A stretch of DNA of 64,000 bases from an uncultured Dehalococcoidales bacterium (GTDB lineage Bacteria > Chloroflexota > Dehalococcoidia > GIF9 > UBA5629), in contig CAZJQG010000001.1 of assembly GCA_964548415.1 (NCBI GenBank), positions 13,680-77,679 on the forward strand, written 5' to 3'. Positions 31,981 through 41,689 of the stretch are shown piece by piece. The notes under the pieces are model-generated. The model did not search any database, had not been told where the DNA came from, and saw only the letters and a list, made by a program, of their open reading frames with translations. Position numbers and translations under genes: made by a program. Within the stretch, counting starts at the first letter, position 1; every line of letters starts with the position of its first letter.

Positions 31981-32385
31981 TTACTTGTCGTGGAAATGGG
32001 CCTTCCAATGAGATCCATCGCAGAAAGGCATTTTCTTTGAAGCGCCGCAGCGGCACAGAGCAAAGGGTGCATCGACTTTGACGTTGTCGCCGTTTTCGTT
32101 TATCAGGCGACACTTGCCCGTAATCTTGTAAGGGCCGTCCTTCATTATTTTGATGATTGTTTCCGGCTTAGATCTTTTGCCCGGTATTTCGTAACTTAGC
32201 GCTCCGGTCGGGCAGGTGTCTATGACGCGCTTGATAGTTTCCGGGTCGGCTGCGTTAATATTCACCCACGGTCTCTTTTCAGGATTAAAAACCTGCGGCA
32301 ATTGCCCGTCACACCTGCCAGCCCTTATGCACTTGTCGCTGTCCCAGTTAACTATCAGTTTATTATTAGAATATTGAACCTTCAT
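31981..32385 (-). CDS. small iron-sulfur protein: divergent 4Fe-4S mono-cluster domain fused to a CDGSH-type domain
   Basis: N-terminal C-x-R-A-G-R-C-D... C-terminal CRCGASKKMPFCDGSH (the CDGSH motif). Confidence 0.65.
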   Translation of the reverse strand: MKVQYSNNKLIVNWDSDKCIRAGRCDGQLPQVFNPEKRPWVNINAADPETIKRVIDTCPTGALSYEIPGKRSKPETIIKIMKDGPYKITGKCRLINENGDNVKVDAPFALCRCGASKKMPFCDGSHWKAHFHDK

Positions 32386-32477
32386 CGTTCGAGATATATT
32401 CTAGCACAATAATTTTAAACACGTCTCTGTCCTTCTCCCGCAGAGCCCAGTCGTAGAACCCCTTTTTAGCTTTTGGG

Positions 32478-32512
32478 CTTTGGTTTTTGGTTTTCGTCTG
32501 GGGATTTTACCC
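32478..32512. repeat. TTTTGG-rich repeat module
   Basis: Sequence gcttttgggctttggtttttggttttcgtc. Similar modules at 33396-33434, 35097-35132 and 31576-31592, and reverse-complement copies at 37911-37960 and 41838-41872. Confidence 0.45.
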
Positions 32513-32518
32513 AATAGA

Positions 32519-33292
32519 CTAGACCGACTTCTCCAGCCGCTGTATCACCGGCAGGGCGTCTTCTATGTTTATGGCATAGCCCATGCCCTCCACCCCACCG
32601 ATGGCCAGTTTCAGGCTGGTTATGCCCACTACCTCACCCGACAGGTTGACCAGCGGGCCGCCGCTGTTGCCGGGATTTATGGCGGCATTGGTCTCGATTA
32701 AACCGGAATAGGTTTCGCTCAGTGATATCTCTATGCTCACGCCCAGGCGGCTGACGATTCCATCCTTCACACTTATACCCATTCCCAGTGCATTCCCTAC
32801 CGCCACCACCCAGTCGCCTACTCTCAGCTTCGAGGTATCGCCAACTTTGAGAGCCGGCAGCGTTCCGGCATTTATCTTCAATATGGCTATATCGGAAGCC
32901 GGGTCGGTTTTTATGCTGACAGGAGTATAGGTCTTTCCGTTTTCCAGCTCGACCGTAATAGTCTGTGCGCCTTCGATTACATGGTTGTTAGTCACGATAA
33001 TGCCGCTGCTATCGATGATCCAGCCGGAGCCGGCTCCCTGTACGGTACGTTGAATATATCTCCTGCCGACCACGGTCTCGGTGTCGATCGATACCACCGA
33101 ATGCTTGACCGTATCGGTCAAATCGGCAAAGCTGGGCAGCACAATCATCGGTGTGGCCACCGCCGCCGGCGTGCTGACGGTTGACGGTGGGTCTATTTTG
33201 GACTGCGGTGCGGATGGCGGTACCAGGCAACCGCCCATTAACATTACTACGACAAAAGAAAAACTTAATAACAGGTATTTATAACGTTTCAT
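32519..33292 (-). CDS. trypsin-like serine protease (S1 family, HtrA-like without PDZ), lipoprotein
   Basis: TNNHVIEG (His), catalytic Asp region and GNSGGPLVN (Ser). Signal with LMGGC lipobox. Confidence 0.85.
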   Translation of the reverse strand: MKRYKYLLLSFSFVVVMLMGGCLVPPSAPQSKIDPPSTVSTPAAVATPMIVLPSFADLTDTVKHSVVSIDTETVVGRRYIQRTVQGAGSGWIIDSSGIIVTNNHVIEGAQTITVELENGKTYTPVSIKTDPASDIAILKINAGTLPALKVGDTSKLRVGDWVVAVGNALGMGISVKDGIVSRLGVSIEISLSETYSGLIETNAAINPGNSGGPLVNLSGEVVGITSLKLAIGGVEGMGYAINIEDALPVIQRLEKSV

Positions 33293-33395
33293 TCATACTC
33301 CTTATTCAGAGCGGACCTCTATTCAATTCCAGCCATAAATTTTGGGTAGGGAATGGTACAACCTGTGCCGCAAGGTGTCAAAATGCCGAAATTTC

Positions 33396-33488
33396 TAATT
33401 TTTGGCTTTTGGTCTTTGGTTTATGGTCTTCGTTGTCATCCTCGAGCGAAGCGAAGGATCTCGAAAATTGAATCACGTTTTGTTTTTT
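33396..33488 (+). repeat. composite repeat: TTTTGG-rich module + gtcatcctcgagcgaagcgaaggatctcga...aatcacgttttgt
   Basis: About 92% identical to 35207-35261 over the 54-bp core. Near-palindromic core gtcatcctcgagcgaagcgaaggatctcgac. Confidence 0.6.
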
Positions 33489-33542
33489 ACATCTCTTTCC
33501 CGTTGACATCTCTCTATAACTGCCTTAATATTTAACCCAGCC

Positions 33543-34769
33543 ATGAAGAAGCCCCCCATCCCCATAACCAGGACCAACATCAACCGTGTCTTCAAATTCA
33601 CTGACGAAGTCGTAGAAAACTACCCCGACCGCTTGGCCGGCACCGAAGCCTGCCGTCAGGCCGCCGACCGCATCAAGCAGGAGTTCACCAAATACTGCGA
33701 CCGTAGCTCGGTGCAGATAGAGGATTTCGAGGTCCACCCCAGGAGCTTCTTAAAATACATTCCCGCCCTGGTCGTCATGTACTTCATCGGCGCCGTTCTC
33801 CTCTATTTCGGAAAACCGCTGCCGGCGTTCGTCATCCTCGGTCTGGCCATCTTCATGTTTTACGCCCAGTTCGCCCGCTACTGGGAAATAATCGACCCCT
33901 ATTTCCCCAAAGCCACCGGCTACAACATCATCGGCTCCATCGAGCCGGAAGGCGAGGTAAAGCAGCAAATCGTCGTCAGCGGCCACCACGATGCCGCCTA
34001 CGTTTTCCAGTTGCTGACGTATATACCCAAATACTATGCCATGCTCATCAATGCCGGCATACTCGTTTTAATCATCGCTTTCCTGGTATCTCTGGCTGCC
34101 CTTGTCCTGGCGTTAGTCCATGTAATATTTCCAACCTGGATAGCCATCGTCTTAATGGCCCTGGGTATTTTCCAGATTCCCCTGGCATTCTTCACCACGC
34201 GGGAGGTATCGCCGGCCGCCGGTGATAACATGGTCGCCGTGGCCGTTGCCGCCGAGACCGCCGGCATTTTCCGCAAGTCCAAAAAACCTTTGCGCCATAC
34301 CCGCCTTATCTTCGCCTCCTTCGATGCCGAAGAAGCCGGCCTCCGCGGTGCCCGTGACTACTGCCGCAAGCACGGTCGGGAGCTTCTGGATACCAAGACC
34401 TACGTTTTTAATATCGACACGCTGTACAAGCTTGAAGACCTCCACTTTCTCACCAGGGACCTGAACGGCTCGGTCAAGCTGTCTCTTCCCATGGCGCAGG
34501 ACTGCGTCGATATTGCCGCCGGGCTGGGCTATAAAGCCGGGACCGCCGTCATGCCCTTCGGCGCTGGCGCCACCGACGCCGCCGAGTTCGGCAAGCTGGG
34601 CGTGGAAGCCACGAACATGGCCGGCATCTCATTCGATATCAAGAAATTCAACGCGGACATGGTCTACCACACGCCGGACGATTTCTCCGCCTACATCGAG
34701 CCTGCCCTCGTCGAAGCCTCCCTCAAAATCATCACCTCCTACATCCTCCAAAAAGACAACCAGGTCTGA
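33543..34769 (+). CDS. M28-family zinc peptidase with internal transmembrane segments
   Basis: SGHHDA, FDAEEAGLRGA and YHTPDD metal-ligand motifs. Hydrophobic helices at residues 70-110 and 170-220. Confidence 0.7.
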   Translation: MKKPPIPITRTNINRVFKFTDEVVENYPDRLAGTEACRQAADRIKQEFTKYCDRSSVQIEDFEVHPRSFLKYIPALVVMYFIGAVLLYFGKPLPAFVILGLAIFMFYAQFARYWEIIDPYFPKATGYNIIGSIEPEGEVKQQIVVSGHHDAAYVFQLLTYIPKYYAMLINAGILVLIIAFLVSLAALVLALVHVIFPTWIAIVLMALGIFQIPLAFFTTREVSPAAGDNMVAVAVAAETAGIFRKSKKPLRHTRLIFASFDAEEAGLRGARDYCRKHGRELLDTKTYVFNIDTLYKLEDLHFLTRDLNGSVKLSLPMAQDCVDIAAGLGYKAGTAVMPFGAGATDAAEFGKLGVEATNMAGISFDIKKFNADMVYHTPDDFSAYIEPALVEASLKIITSYILQKDNQV

Positions 34770-34774
34770 TCTCT

Positions 34775-35265
34775 TCCCCCCTTAGAATAAGTGCCTCCCA
34801 AAATCCCCCTTAGAAAAAGGGGGGGCTTTGTACCAAAAGGGGGATTAAGGGGGATTTAAATCTATCCTCTCTCCCCTGGATGGAGAGAGTTAGAGTGAGG
34901 GTGATTTTCCCGCTCATCCTGAGATTGTCGAAAGGTGAACTGGGTACCTTGGAGCATCCGCTCCAAGGTCGTGTCATCCTCAATAAACCATCTCCCCGTT
35001 CGCCCTGAGCTAGTCGAAGGGTGAATGTTAATCCGCCATGGTTCGACAAGCTCACCACGAGCGGAATATAGCATAATTTTTACATTTGTATCTGTCATTT
35101 TGATTTTTGGTTTTTTATTTTTGGTTTGCGTTGTCATCCTAAGCCCTTCGTCAGTCCTTCCGTGGAAGGATCTCCTTAGGATAAACTCCGCGAAGTATCC
35201 GTACGTGTCATCCTCGAGCGAAGCGAAGGATCTCGACAATTAAATCACGCTTTTGTCTTTTCACC
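34775..35265. repeat. 490-bp intergenic region composed almost entirely of nested hairpin repeat modules
   Basis: Contains aaggggga hairpins, ctctctcccctggatggagagag, gtcatcctgagattgtcgaaaggtgaac, ccttggagcatccgctccaagg, ccgttcgccctgagc, ggttcgacaagctcaccacgagcgg, a TTTTGG module and a gtcatcc-flanked nested insert at 35140-35206. Confidence 0.6.
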
Positions 35266-35289
35266 TCAATCTTGTTAACATTCTTGGTC

Positions 35290-36438
35290 ATGCCCAAATC
35301 CAAGGTAGCCCTGGTAAAATGCACCACCTACGATAAAAACGAAGTCCTCCACGCCGTCCGCACCGGCCTGGACCTCCTTGGCGGCGCCTCCCGCTTCATC
35401 AAACCCGGCGACAAAATCGTCCTCAAGCCCAACGTCCTCATCGGCACCAGCCCAGATAACGGCGTCACCACCCATACCGCCATATTCAGGGCCGCCGCCG
35501 GCCTCTTCAAAGAAGCCGGCGCCGTCGTCTCTTACGGCGATTCCCCCGCCTTCGGCAAATGCGAGGGCAACCTCAGAAGGGCCGGCTTAAAGAAAGTTGG
35601 TGATGAGCTGGGGCTAAAACTGGCCGATTTCGATTCCGGCAAGGAGGTCAGCCACAAAGATGCCCTGCTGGTCAAGAAGTTCGTCATTGCCAATGGCGTG
35701 CTACAGGCTGACGGCCTGGTCAGCCTGCCCCGGCTAAAAACGCACGGCTTTATGCTTTTTACCGGAGCGGTTAAAAACCAGTTCGGCTGCATCCCCGGCC
35801 TGCTCAAGAGCCAGTACCACGTTAAACTGCCTGACCCCTACGATTTCGCCGCCATGCTGGTTGACTTGAATGCGCTTATAAAGCCTCGCCTTTACATTCT
35901 GGATGGTATTACCGCCATGGAGGGCAACGGCCCCAGGAGCGGCCAGCCGAAGCAGCTAAATGTCCTGCTGTTCTCCAGCGACCCCATCGCCCTGGATGCC
36001 ACCGCCTGCCGTATTATCAACCTCGATCCCCACATAGTGCCCACCAGCCGGCCCGGTGAAAAAGCCGGACTGGGAACCTATCATGCTGAGAACATCGAGC
36101 TGTTAGGCGGAGACATTGATACCTTCTTCGACCCGAGCTTTGAGATAAAGCGGACGTCTCCTGCCCACAGTACCGGCGGCCGGTTCAGCACCTTCATCAA
36201 GAATCGTATAACCCAGCGGCCGGTTATCGATAAAACCAGGTGCGACCTCTGCGGTGTCTGCGTTAAGATGTGTCCCGTCAGCCCCAAGGCCGTTGACTGG
36301 TACAACGGTGATAAGTCTCAGCCTCCCCGGCACAACTACGACCGCTGCATCCGCTGCTACTGCTGCCAGGAAACCTGCCCCGACGGAGCCATCCACATCG
36401 AAACTCCCCTGCTAGGAAGATTGTTCGCCAAGATTTGA
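35290..36438 (+). CDS. DUF362 domain protein with C-terminal 2x[4Fe-4S] ferredoxin domain
   Basis: DUF362-type N-terminus (KVALVKCTTYD...). C-terminal CxxCxxCxxxCP twice (CDLCGVCVKMCP, CIRCYCCQETCP). Confidence 0.75.
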   Translation: MPKSKVALVKCTTYDKNEVLHAVRTGLDLLGGASRFIKPGDKIVLKPNVLIGTSPDNGVTTHTAIFRAAAGLFKEAGAVVSYGDSPAFGKCEGNLRRAGLKKVGDELGLKLADFDSGKEVSHKDALLVKKFVIANGVLQADGLVSLPRLKTHGFMLFTGAVKNQFGCIPGLLKSQYHVKLPDPYDFAAMLVDLNALIKPRLYILDGITAMEGNGPRSGQPKQLNVLLFSSDPIALDATACRIINLDPHIVPTSRPGEKAGLGTYHAENIELLGGDIDTFFDPSFEIKRTSPAHSTGGRFSTFIKNRITQRPVIDKTRCDLCGVCVKMCPVSPKAVDWYNGDKSQPPRHNYDRCIRCYCCQETCPDGAIHIETPLLGRLFAKI

Positions 36439-36601
36439 ACTATGGTAAGAATTCCCATGATTTGAGATTGTCTATATCATAATCGTAGACCGCTTTATTA
36501 TTGTATCGCCAACTGCCTGAATGTGGTATAACTATGCCACCGAGTAGGTTCTTCCCTTTAGCATTCTGCTCTTTTATATATTGGTATAGACCTTCTGTCT
36601 T

Positions 36602-36943
36602 TCATTTTGCAGTCTCAGCTGTAATTTTCAATTTAGTATCAAATAGACCAAGCTTACCGTTTTTGTACTTCACAATTGCTTTCTCGTGGGAATAATTTAG
36701 CACAGACAGGGCATGGTAGTTGTCACCCTCAATAAGTATATGGGTAATATCATCATCGCCAGAATGGATTTCATTATCCTTAATCTCTTTGAGAACTGGC
36801 AGCTCATTCTGGTAATCAAGGACTATTTTTTCCGGTTCTCTCTCTGTATCCCAGACGAGACCGTATTTCTTTCGCTTTTCTAAAGCGTTAATTCTTTTAA
36901 TTAAGTCTTCTTTTGGCCAACTTGAATAGTCAGTCTTAGGCAT
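36602..36943 (-). pseudogene. truncated N-terminal fragment of an N6-adenine/N4-cytosine DNA methyltransferase (restriction-modification remnant)
   Basis: HILIEGDNYHALSVL resembles the conserved N-terminal region of type III Mod / beta-class MTases. The ORF stops at 113 aa before any DPPY catalytic motif. No continuation in any frame. AT-rich flanks. Confidence 0.4.
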
Positions 36944-37142
36944 CGCTTATTGCCTCAAGTTCTATAATGAGTCCTTAGCTACGGCTAATTATACCTCCCT
37001 CTCGTTTCGTCAACAATATGTAACATTTTGAATGCTCTATTGCGTTCCGAATAAACAATTATATAAACAAATTATGGCTATTGGCGCCCTTCTATGCTAT
37101 CTTATTTCTTAGGGAGACCTTAATTGTCACAGGAGGTGAGAC

Positions 37143-37910
37143 ATGGCAAAATCGTTCTGGAAGGGTGTTATCAGCTTCGGACTGGTGGCCATACCGGTCA
37201 AGATGTACGTGGCCACCGAAACCAGGCCGGTGAGCTTTCATCTGCTGCATAAGAAGTGCCTGACACGGCCGAAACAGGTGCTTCACTGCCATGTAGACAA
37301 CGAGTACTTCAGTATAAAAGATACGGTGCGCGGCTACGAGGTGTCTAAAGACCAGTACGTCGTCCTCGACGAGAGTGATTTCGAGAAGGTACCTATTAAA
37401 TCCTCTCACGCTATCGATATTCAGTGTTTTATTGACGCTAAAGAAATCGACCCGGTCTACTACTACGGCGGCCATTATATCGAGCCGGAGGAGCTGGGGG
37501 TGAAGCCGTTTCAACTGCTGCGAGAGGCACTGGAGAAGACAGGCAAGGTGGGCATCGCCAAGGTGGCCTTCCAGCACCGGGAGCACCTGTGCTGTCTGAG
37601 GCCGCTGGAGGATATACTGGCGCTGCAGACTATACATTTCCAGAGCGAGATATTGCCACATGATGAGATTGAAGTTCCGGAGGCGAAGACAACGGCGGCG
37701 GAGATGGATATGGCGGTGTCATTGATTAAGGCGATGGTGAAGTCCTTTAAGCCGGAGGATTATCATGATGAGTACCAGGAGGCTTTGAAGAAGGTGGTGG
37801 AAGCAAAGATTAAGGGGCAGAAGTTCGTGGCGCCTTCGGTGGCCAAGGTGGAGATGATGGATTTGATGGCGGCATTGAGAGCAAGTGTGGAAGCGACTAA
37901 AGTCAAATAA
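37143..37910 (+). CDS. ku: Ku protein (non-homologous end joining)
   Basis: MAKSFWKGVISFGLVAIPVKMY... is the canonical bacterial Ku N-terminus. RBS GGAGGTG. Confidence 0.9.
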   Translation: MAKSFWKGVISFGLVAIPVKMYVATETRPVSFHLLHKKCLTRPKQVLHCHVDNEYFSIKDTVRGYEVSKDQYVVLDESDFEKVPIKSSHAIDIQCFIDAKEIDPVYYYGGHYIEPEELGVKPFQLLREALEKTGKVGIAKVAFQHREHLCCLRPLEDILALQTIHFQSEILPHDEIEVPEAKTTAAEMDMAVSLIKAMVKSFKPEDYHDEYQEALKKVVEAKIKGQKFVAPSVAKVEMMDLMAALRASVEATKVK

Positions 37911-38054
37911 AAAACCAAAACCCAAAACCCAAAAATACAAAAGCCAAAAATTCAGATAATAAAGTAAAAATTAGACGAGGTCAGGATTGGCGGAACCACA
38001 ACGATGTACGGCACCTATTTTTTACTTTTGGTTTGTATCTTTTCATTTTGGTCT
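37911..38054. repeat. AAAACC / TTTTGG repeat modules filling the convergent gap between ku and the DUF72 gene
   Basis: aaaaccaaaacccaaaacccaaaaatacaaaagccaaaaa, followed in the opposite sense by ttttacttttggtttgtatcttttcattttggtcttt. Confidence 0.45.
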
Positions 38055-38954
38055 TTAATCTTTGATTTTCGTTGCTTCTAGCAACGACTGCATCTGGGTG
38101 ACGTTGCGGATGGGAAAGTCAAGGTGCTTGTTTTTGAAGATGACGTGGATCTCGGCGGTAACGGCCAGGTGACGGATGCGCGGCACCCACTCCATCAGCT
38201 CCTCTTCGGTGTAAAGATAGTTGAACCTTTCATCGGCGGGTATCCCCTTCTTTTCCCAGGTATCGGCGTTCCGGCCGTGAAACCGGATAATCGCCAGGTC
38301 AGAAGTGGCCTCCGCTACCGGCGGCACGCTCGACCTGAAGCCCTGCGGCTCGTCGACGCAGACCAGCGCGATTTTCCGCTGTCTCAGAAACTCCAGCGTC
38401 GCGTCTTTATGCTGAGCCAGCCATGAGCCCGTGCGGAACTCCACGGCCACATGACAGTGCTTTATCCGCCGGCAGCAGTCCTCTATATACTGGTAGTTGT
38501 CCGGCTCGGGATGAAACCACGACGGGAACTGGAAGAGCACGGCGCCCAACTTGCTGGCGTCATGAAAGCGGTTGACTATCAGGTCGAATACCGCCCACAG
38601 CTCGTCAATTGCCTCCGCAGGCAGATGGTGCGCGTAAATATTGCTCTTCGCCTGAATCCGGTCGTTATACCTGTCGCGAATGGATTTGGGCAGCGATTCG
38701 GGCGATGTGGGATGCCCGGTGAGCAGGCTGAAAGCCCTGACATTGAAAACGAAGCCAGCGGCGGCGTTTTCCAGCCACAGTTCTACGTTGTGCGCGGTGG
38801 GGAAAAAGTGAAAGCTGGAATCTATCTCGGCCACCGAGAACCTCGAAGAGTAATACTTGAGCCTGTCCGCGGCCGACTTTACTTCCGGCGGGTAGAAGCT
38901 CTTCTCCAGCTCGGGCGTCGACCAGGTGGAAATGCCAAACCGAATTCGTCCCAT
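38055..38954 (-). CDS. DUF72 (UPF0759) family protein
   Basis: MGRIRFGISTWSTPELEKSFYP... is a typical DUF72 start, with conservation throughout. Confidence 0.8.
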   Translation of the reverse strand: MGRIRFGISTWSTPELEKSFYPPEVKSAADRLKYYSSRFSVAEIDSSFHFFPTAHNVELWLENAAAGFVFNVRAFSLLTGHPTSPESLPKSIRDRYNDRIQAKSNIYAHHLPAEAIDELWAVFDLIVNRFHDASKLGAVLFQFPSWFHPEPDNYQYIEDCCRRIKHCHVAVEFRTGSWLAQHKDATLEFLRQRKIALVCVDEPQGFRSSVPPVAEATSDLAIIRFHGRNADTWEKKGIPADERFNYLYTEEELMEWVPRIRHLAVTAEIHVIFKNKHLDFPIRNVTQMQSLLEATKIKD

Positions 38955-39001
38955 TACTCGGCACCGTAGACAGTAGTAAATATCTATTATAACATGTAGA
39001 T

Positions 39002-41683
39002 ATGAGCCCCAAACTGAAGGAATACGGCGAGAAGCGCGATTTTAAGCTGACACCCGAGCCGGAGGCAAAGATCCCAGAAAGGCAGGGGCCGCTGATATTC
39101 GTCGTCCAGAAACACCGCGCCCGGGTGCTGCACTACGATTTGAGGCTGGAAGTCGACGGTGTGCTGAAGTCATGGTCGGTGCCCAAGGGACCGTCGCTCG
39201 ACCCGCTGACGAAGCGGCTGGCGGTGATGGTGGAAGACCACCCAATCGACTACGCCGGCTTCGAGGGCACGATTCCCAAGGGAGAGTACGGTGCCGGCGA
39301 GGTCATCGTCTGGGACAACGGCACCTACTCACCGGATGAAGGCGGCAAGCTGCTGTTTAACGACCGTTCGGCCGCCGAAGAGGAGATGAGGCAGGGGCTG
39401 GCCAAAGGCAAGCTGTCGTTTAGGCTCCGGGGTCACAAACTGAAAGGTTCTTGGACGCTGGTGAAGACCCGCCAGGCAGCAAACAGCTGGCTGCTGATGA
39501 AGCACAGGGACGAGTTCGCCCGAGCGGATAAGGATATACTGGAAGAGGACCGCTCGGTGCTGTCGGGCCGGACCACGGAAGAGGTCAAGGCTTCGGAGGC
39601 GGCCGAGGCGCCCCCGCCAGCCTTAAACCCGGGAGATATGGAGGGCGCCAAAAAGGCGCGTTTTCCATCCGCTATCAAGCCGATGCTGGCGCGGCTGGCC
39701 GCTGGGCCGTTCTCCAGATCGGGCTGGATATTCGAGCCCAAGCTCGACGGTTACAGAACGCTGGCTTACATCCGTAACGGACAGGTGCGACTATTGTCAC
39801 GGCGCGGCATAGACGTGACCGAACATTACACGGCGCTGGTGCCCGAGCTTGAGCGTCAGCCGGTTTCGGAAATGGTACTGGATGGAGAAATCATCGCCCT
39901 GGACGAAAAGGGCAAGCAGTGCTTTCAGTGCCTGCAGAACTACCTGCGGTCGGTGCAGCGGATAAAGACGGCGGGCGGCGAAGCGGCGGCGCTGATTTAC
40001 TACGTCTTCGATATACTTTACCTGGACGGCTACGACCTGCGCGGCGTCGACCTGCGCCATAGAAAAGAGCTGCTGGGCAATATATTCAGGCCGTCACAAG
40101 AGGTAAGGCTGGTCGACCACTTCGAAACCGAAGGCGAGCGCGTTTACCAGGCGGCGGTGGAGAACGGGCTGGAAGGAGTCATGGCGAAGCAGAGCGACAG
40201 CCGTTATGAATCGGGCGAGAGGTCTGGCAGCTGGCTGAAGATGAAGTCGGCGCTGTCCGACGAGTTCGTCATCGGCGGCTACACCACGGGTCAGGGCAGT
40301 CGGGCGCATTCCTTCGGCGCGCTACTGCTCGGCTACTATGATGACAAAGGCAAACTGAAGTTCGCCGGGCACGTGGGCACCGGTCTCGACGAGCGGTCGC
40401 TTGGCGACCTGAAGAAGAAGCTGGACGAGCTACGGATTGACCGCTGCCCGTTTACCGAGGTACCGGAGACAAATACGCCTGCCGTTTGGGTGCGTCCGAA
40501 GCTGGTGGCCGAGGTCAAGTTCTCGGAATGGACGCAGGATGGGAGGTTGAGGATTCCGGTGTTCATGAGGCTGCGCGAAGATAAGGCGCCATCCGAGGTT
40601 CACAGGAGCCAGACTGTTACCGCTGCTTCTGCCCCGGACATGACACATAACTCACCGAACCTGGTAGAGCAGCTGGAAAAGTCCGGCGATAGCGTATCGG
40701 TGCAAATTGAGGGAAACCATATTAGCTTGACGCATATGGACAAAATCCTATGGCCTGAGAGTAAAGGCCACGCGGCGTTGACTAAGCGGCATTTTCTGGC
40801 ATATCTAGCCGCTGTCTCATCGTATTTACTGCCGCATTTGAAGGACCGGCCGCTGACTTTGAGCCGCTACCCCGACGGCATCGGGGGCGAGCACTTCTGG
40901 CAGAAGCACTGGAACAGTCCCCTGCCTGACTTCGTGCAGCGAGTCAATATCACACAGGAGGGAGACAGCGTCCAGGAATACCTGTTGTGCGATAATCTTG
41001 CGACTCTCATCTGGTTGGGCCAACAGGCGGACATCGAGTTTCACGCCTGGTTTTCACGGACGAATCCTACGCCTGACATGCGGGCTAAGAAGGACGTCGA
41101 TTATATATTGGACTACCCCGACTTTCTCATCTTCGACCTGGATCCGTATATATATTCCGGCAAGGAAAAAGCCGGCGACGAACCGGAGCTGAACCGGAAG
41201 GCGTTCGATAAGGTGTGCCAGGTGGCGCTGTGGATCAAGGAAGTGCTTGATAAACTTTCGTTAGTATCTTATGTCAAGTCATCGGGCAAGACGGGGCTGC
41301 ACATCTACGTCCCGATTGTGCGCAATTTGGACTACAAGGCAGTGAGGTCGTCCGCTGAAACCATCGGCCACTTCGTGCTGCGGAACCATCCTGAAGACGT
41401 CACCATGGAATGGTCGGTGGAAAAGCGCACCGGCAAGGTCTTTATCGACTTCAACCAGAACGTACGCGGCAAGACGCTGGCGGCGGCGTATTCGCCACGG
41501 CCGGCACCGGGAGGCCCGGCGTCCACGCCGCTGCACTGGCACGAACTGGGCAAGGTCTACCCTACCGATTTCACCATACTGACGCTGCCGGAGCGGCTTA
41601 AAAAGTCGGGCGATTTATGGGAGGACATACTGAAAGACAAGCGTGATGTCAGGAAAGCACTCAACCCTCCGGTCAGAAAATAG
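39002..41683 (+). CDS. ligD: multidomain ATP-dependent DNA ligase D: phosphoesterase, then ligase, then polymerase/primase
   Basis: N-terminal PE domain (FVVQKHRARVLHYDLRLE). Ligase KxDG (EPKLDGYR). C-terminal primase-polymerase domain (ISLTHMDKILWP...RYPDGIGGEHFWQKH). Confidence 0.9.
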   Translation: MSPKLKEYGEKRDFKLTPEPEAKIPERQGPLIFVVQKHRARVLHYDLRLEVDGVLKSWSVPKGPSLDPLTKRLAVMVEDHPIDYAGFEGTIPKGEYGAGEVIVWDNGTYSPDEGGKLLFNDRSAAEEEMRQGLAKGKLSFRLRGHKLKGSWTLVKTRQAANSWLLMKHRDEFARADKDILEEDRSVLSGRTTEEVKASEAAEAPPPALNPGDMEGAKKARFPSAIKPMLARLAAGPFSRSGWIFEPKLDGYRTLAYIRNGQVRLLSRRGIDVTEHYTALVPELERQPVSEMVLDGEIIALDEKGKQCFQCLQNYLRSVQRIKTAGGEAAALIYYVFDILYLDGYDLRGVDLRHRKELLGNIFRPSQEVRLVDHFETEGERVYQAAVENGLEGVMAKQSDSRYESGERSGSWLKMKSALSDEFVIGGYTTGQGSRAHSFGALLLGYYDDKGKLKFAGHVGTGLDERSLGDLKKKLDELRIDRCPFTEVPETNTPAVWVRPKLVAEVKFSEWTQDGRLRIPVFMRLREDKAPSEVHRSQTVTAASAPDMTHNSPNLVEQLEKSGDSVSVQIEGNHISLTHMDKILWPESKGHAALTKRHFLAYLAAVSSYLLPHLKDRPLTLSRYPDGIGGEHFWQKHWNSPLPDFVQRVNITQEGDSVQEYLLCDNLATLIWLGQQADIEFHAWFSRTNPTPDMRAKKDVDYILDYPDFLIFDLDPYIYSGKEKAGDEPELNRKAFDKVCQVALWIKEVLDKLSLVSYVKSSGKTGLHIYVPIVRNLDYKAVRSSAETIGHFVLRNHPEDVTMEWSVEKRTGKVFIDFNQNVRGKTLAAAYSPRPAPGGPASTPLHWHELGKVYPTDFTILTLPERLKKSGDLWEDILKDKRDVRKALNPPVRK

Positions 41684-41689
41684 GCTCGA

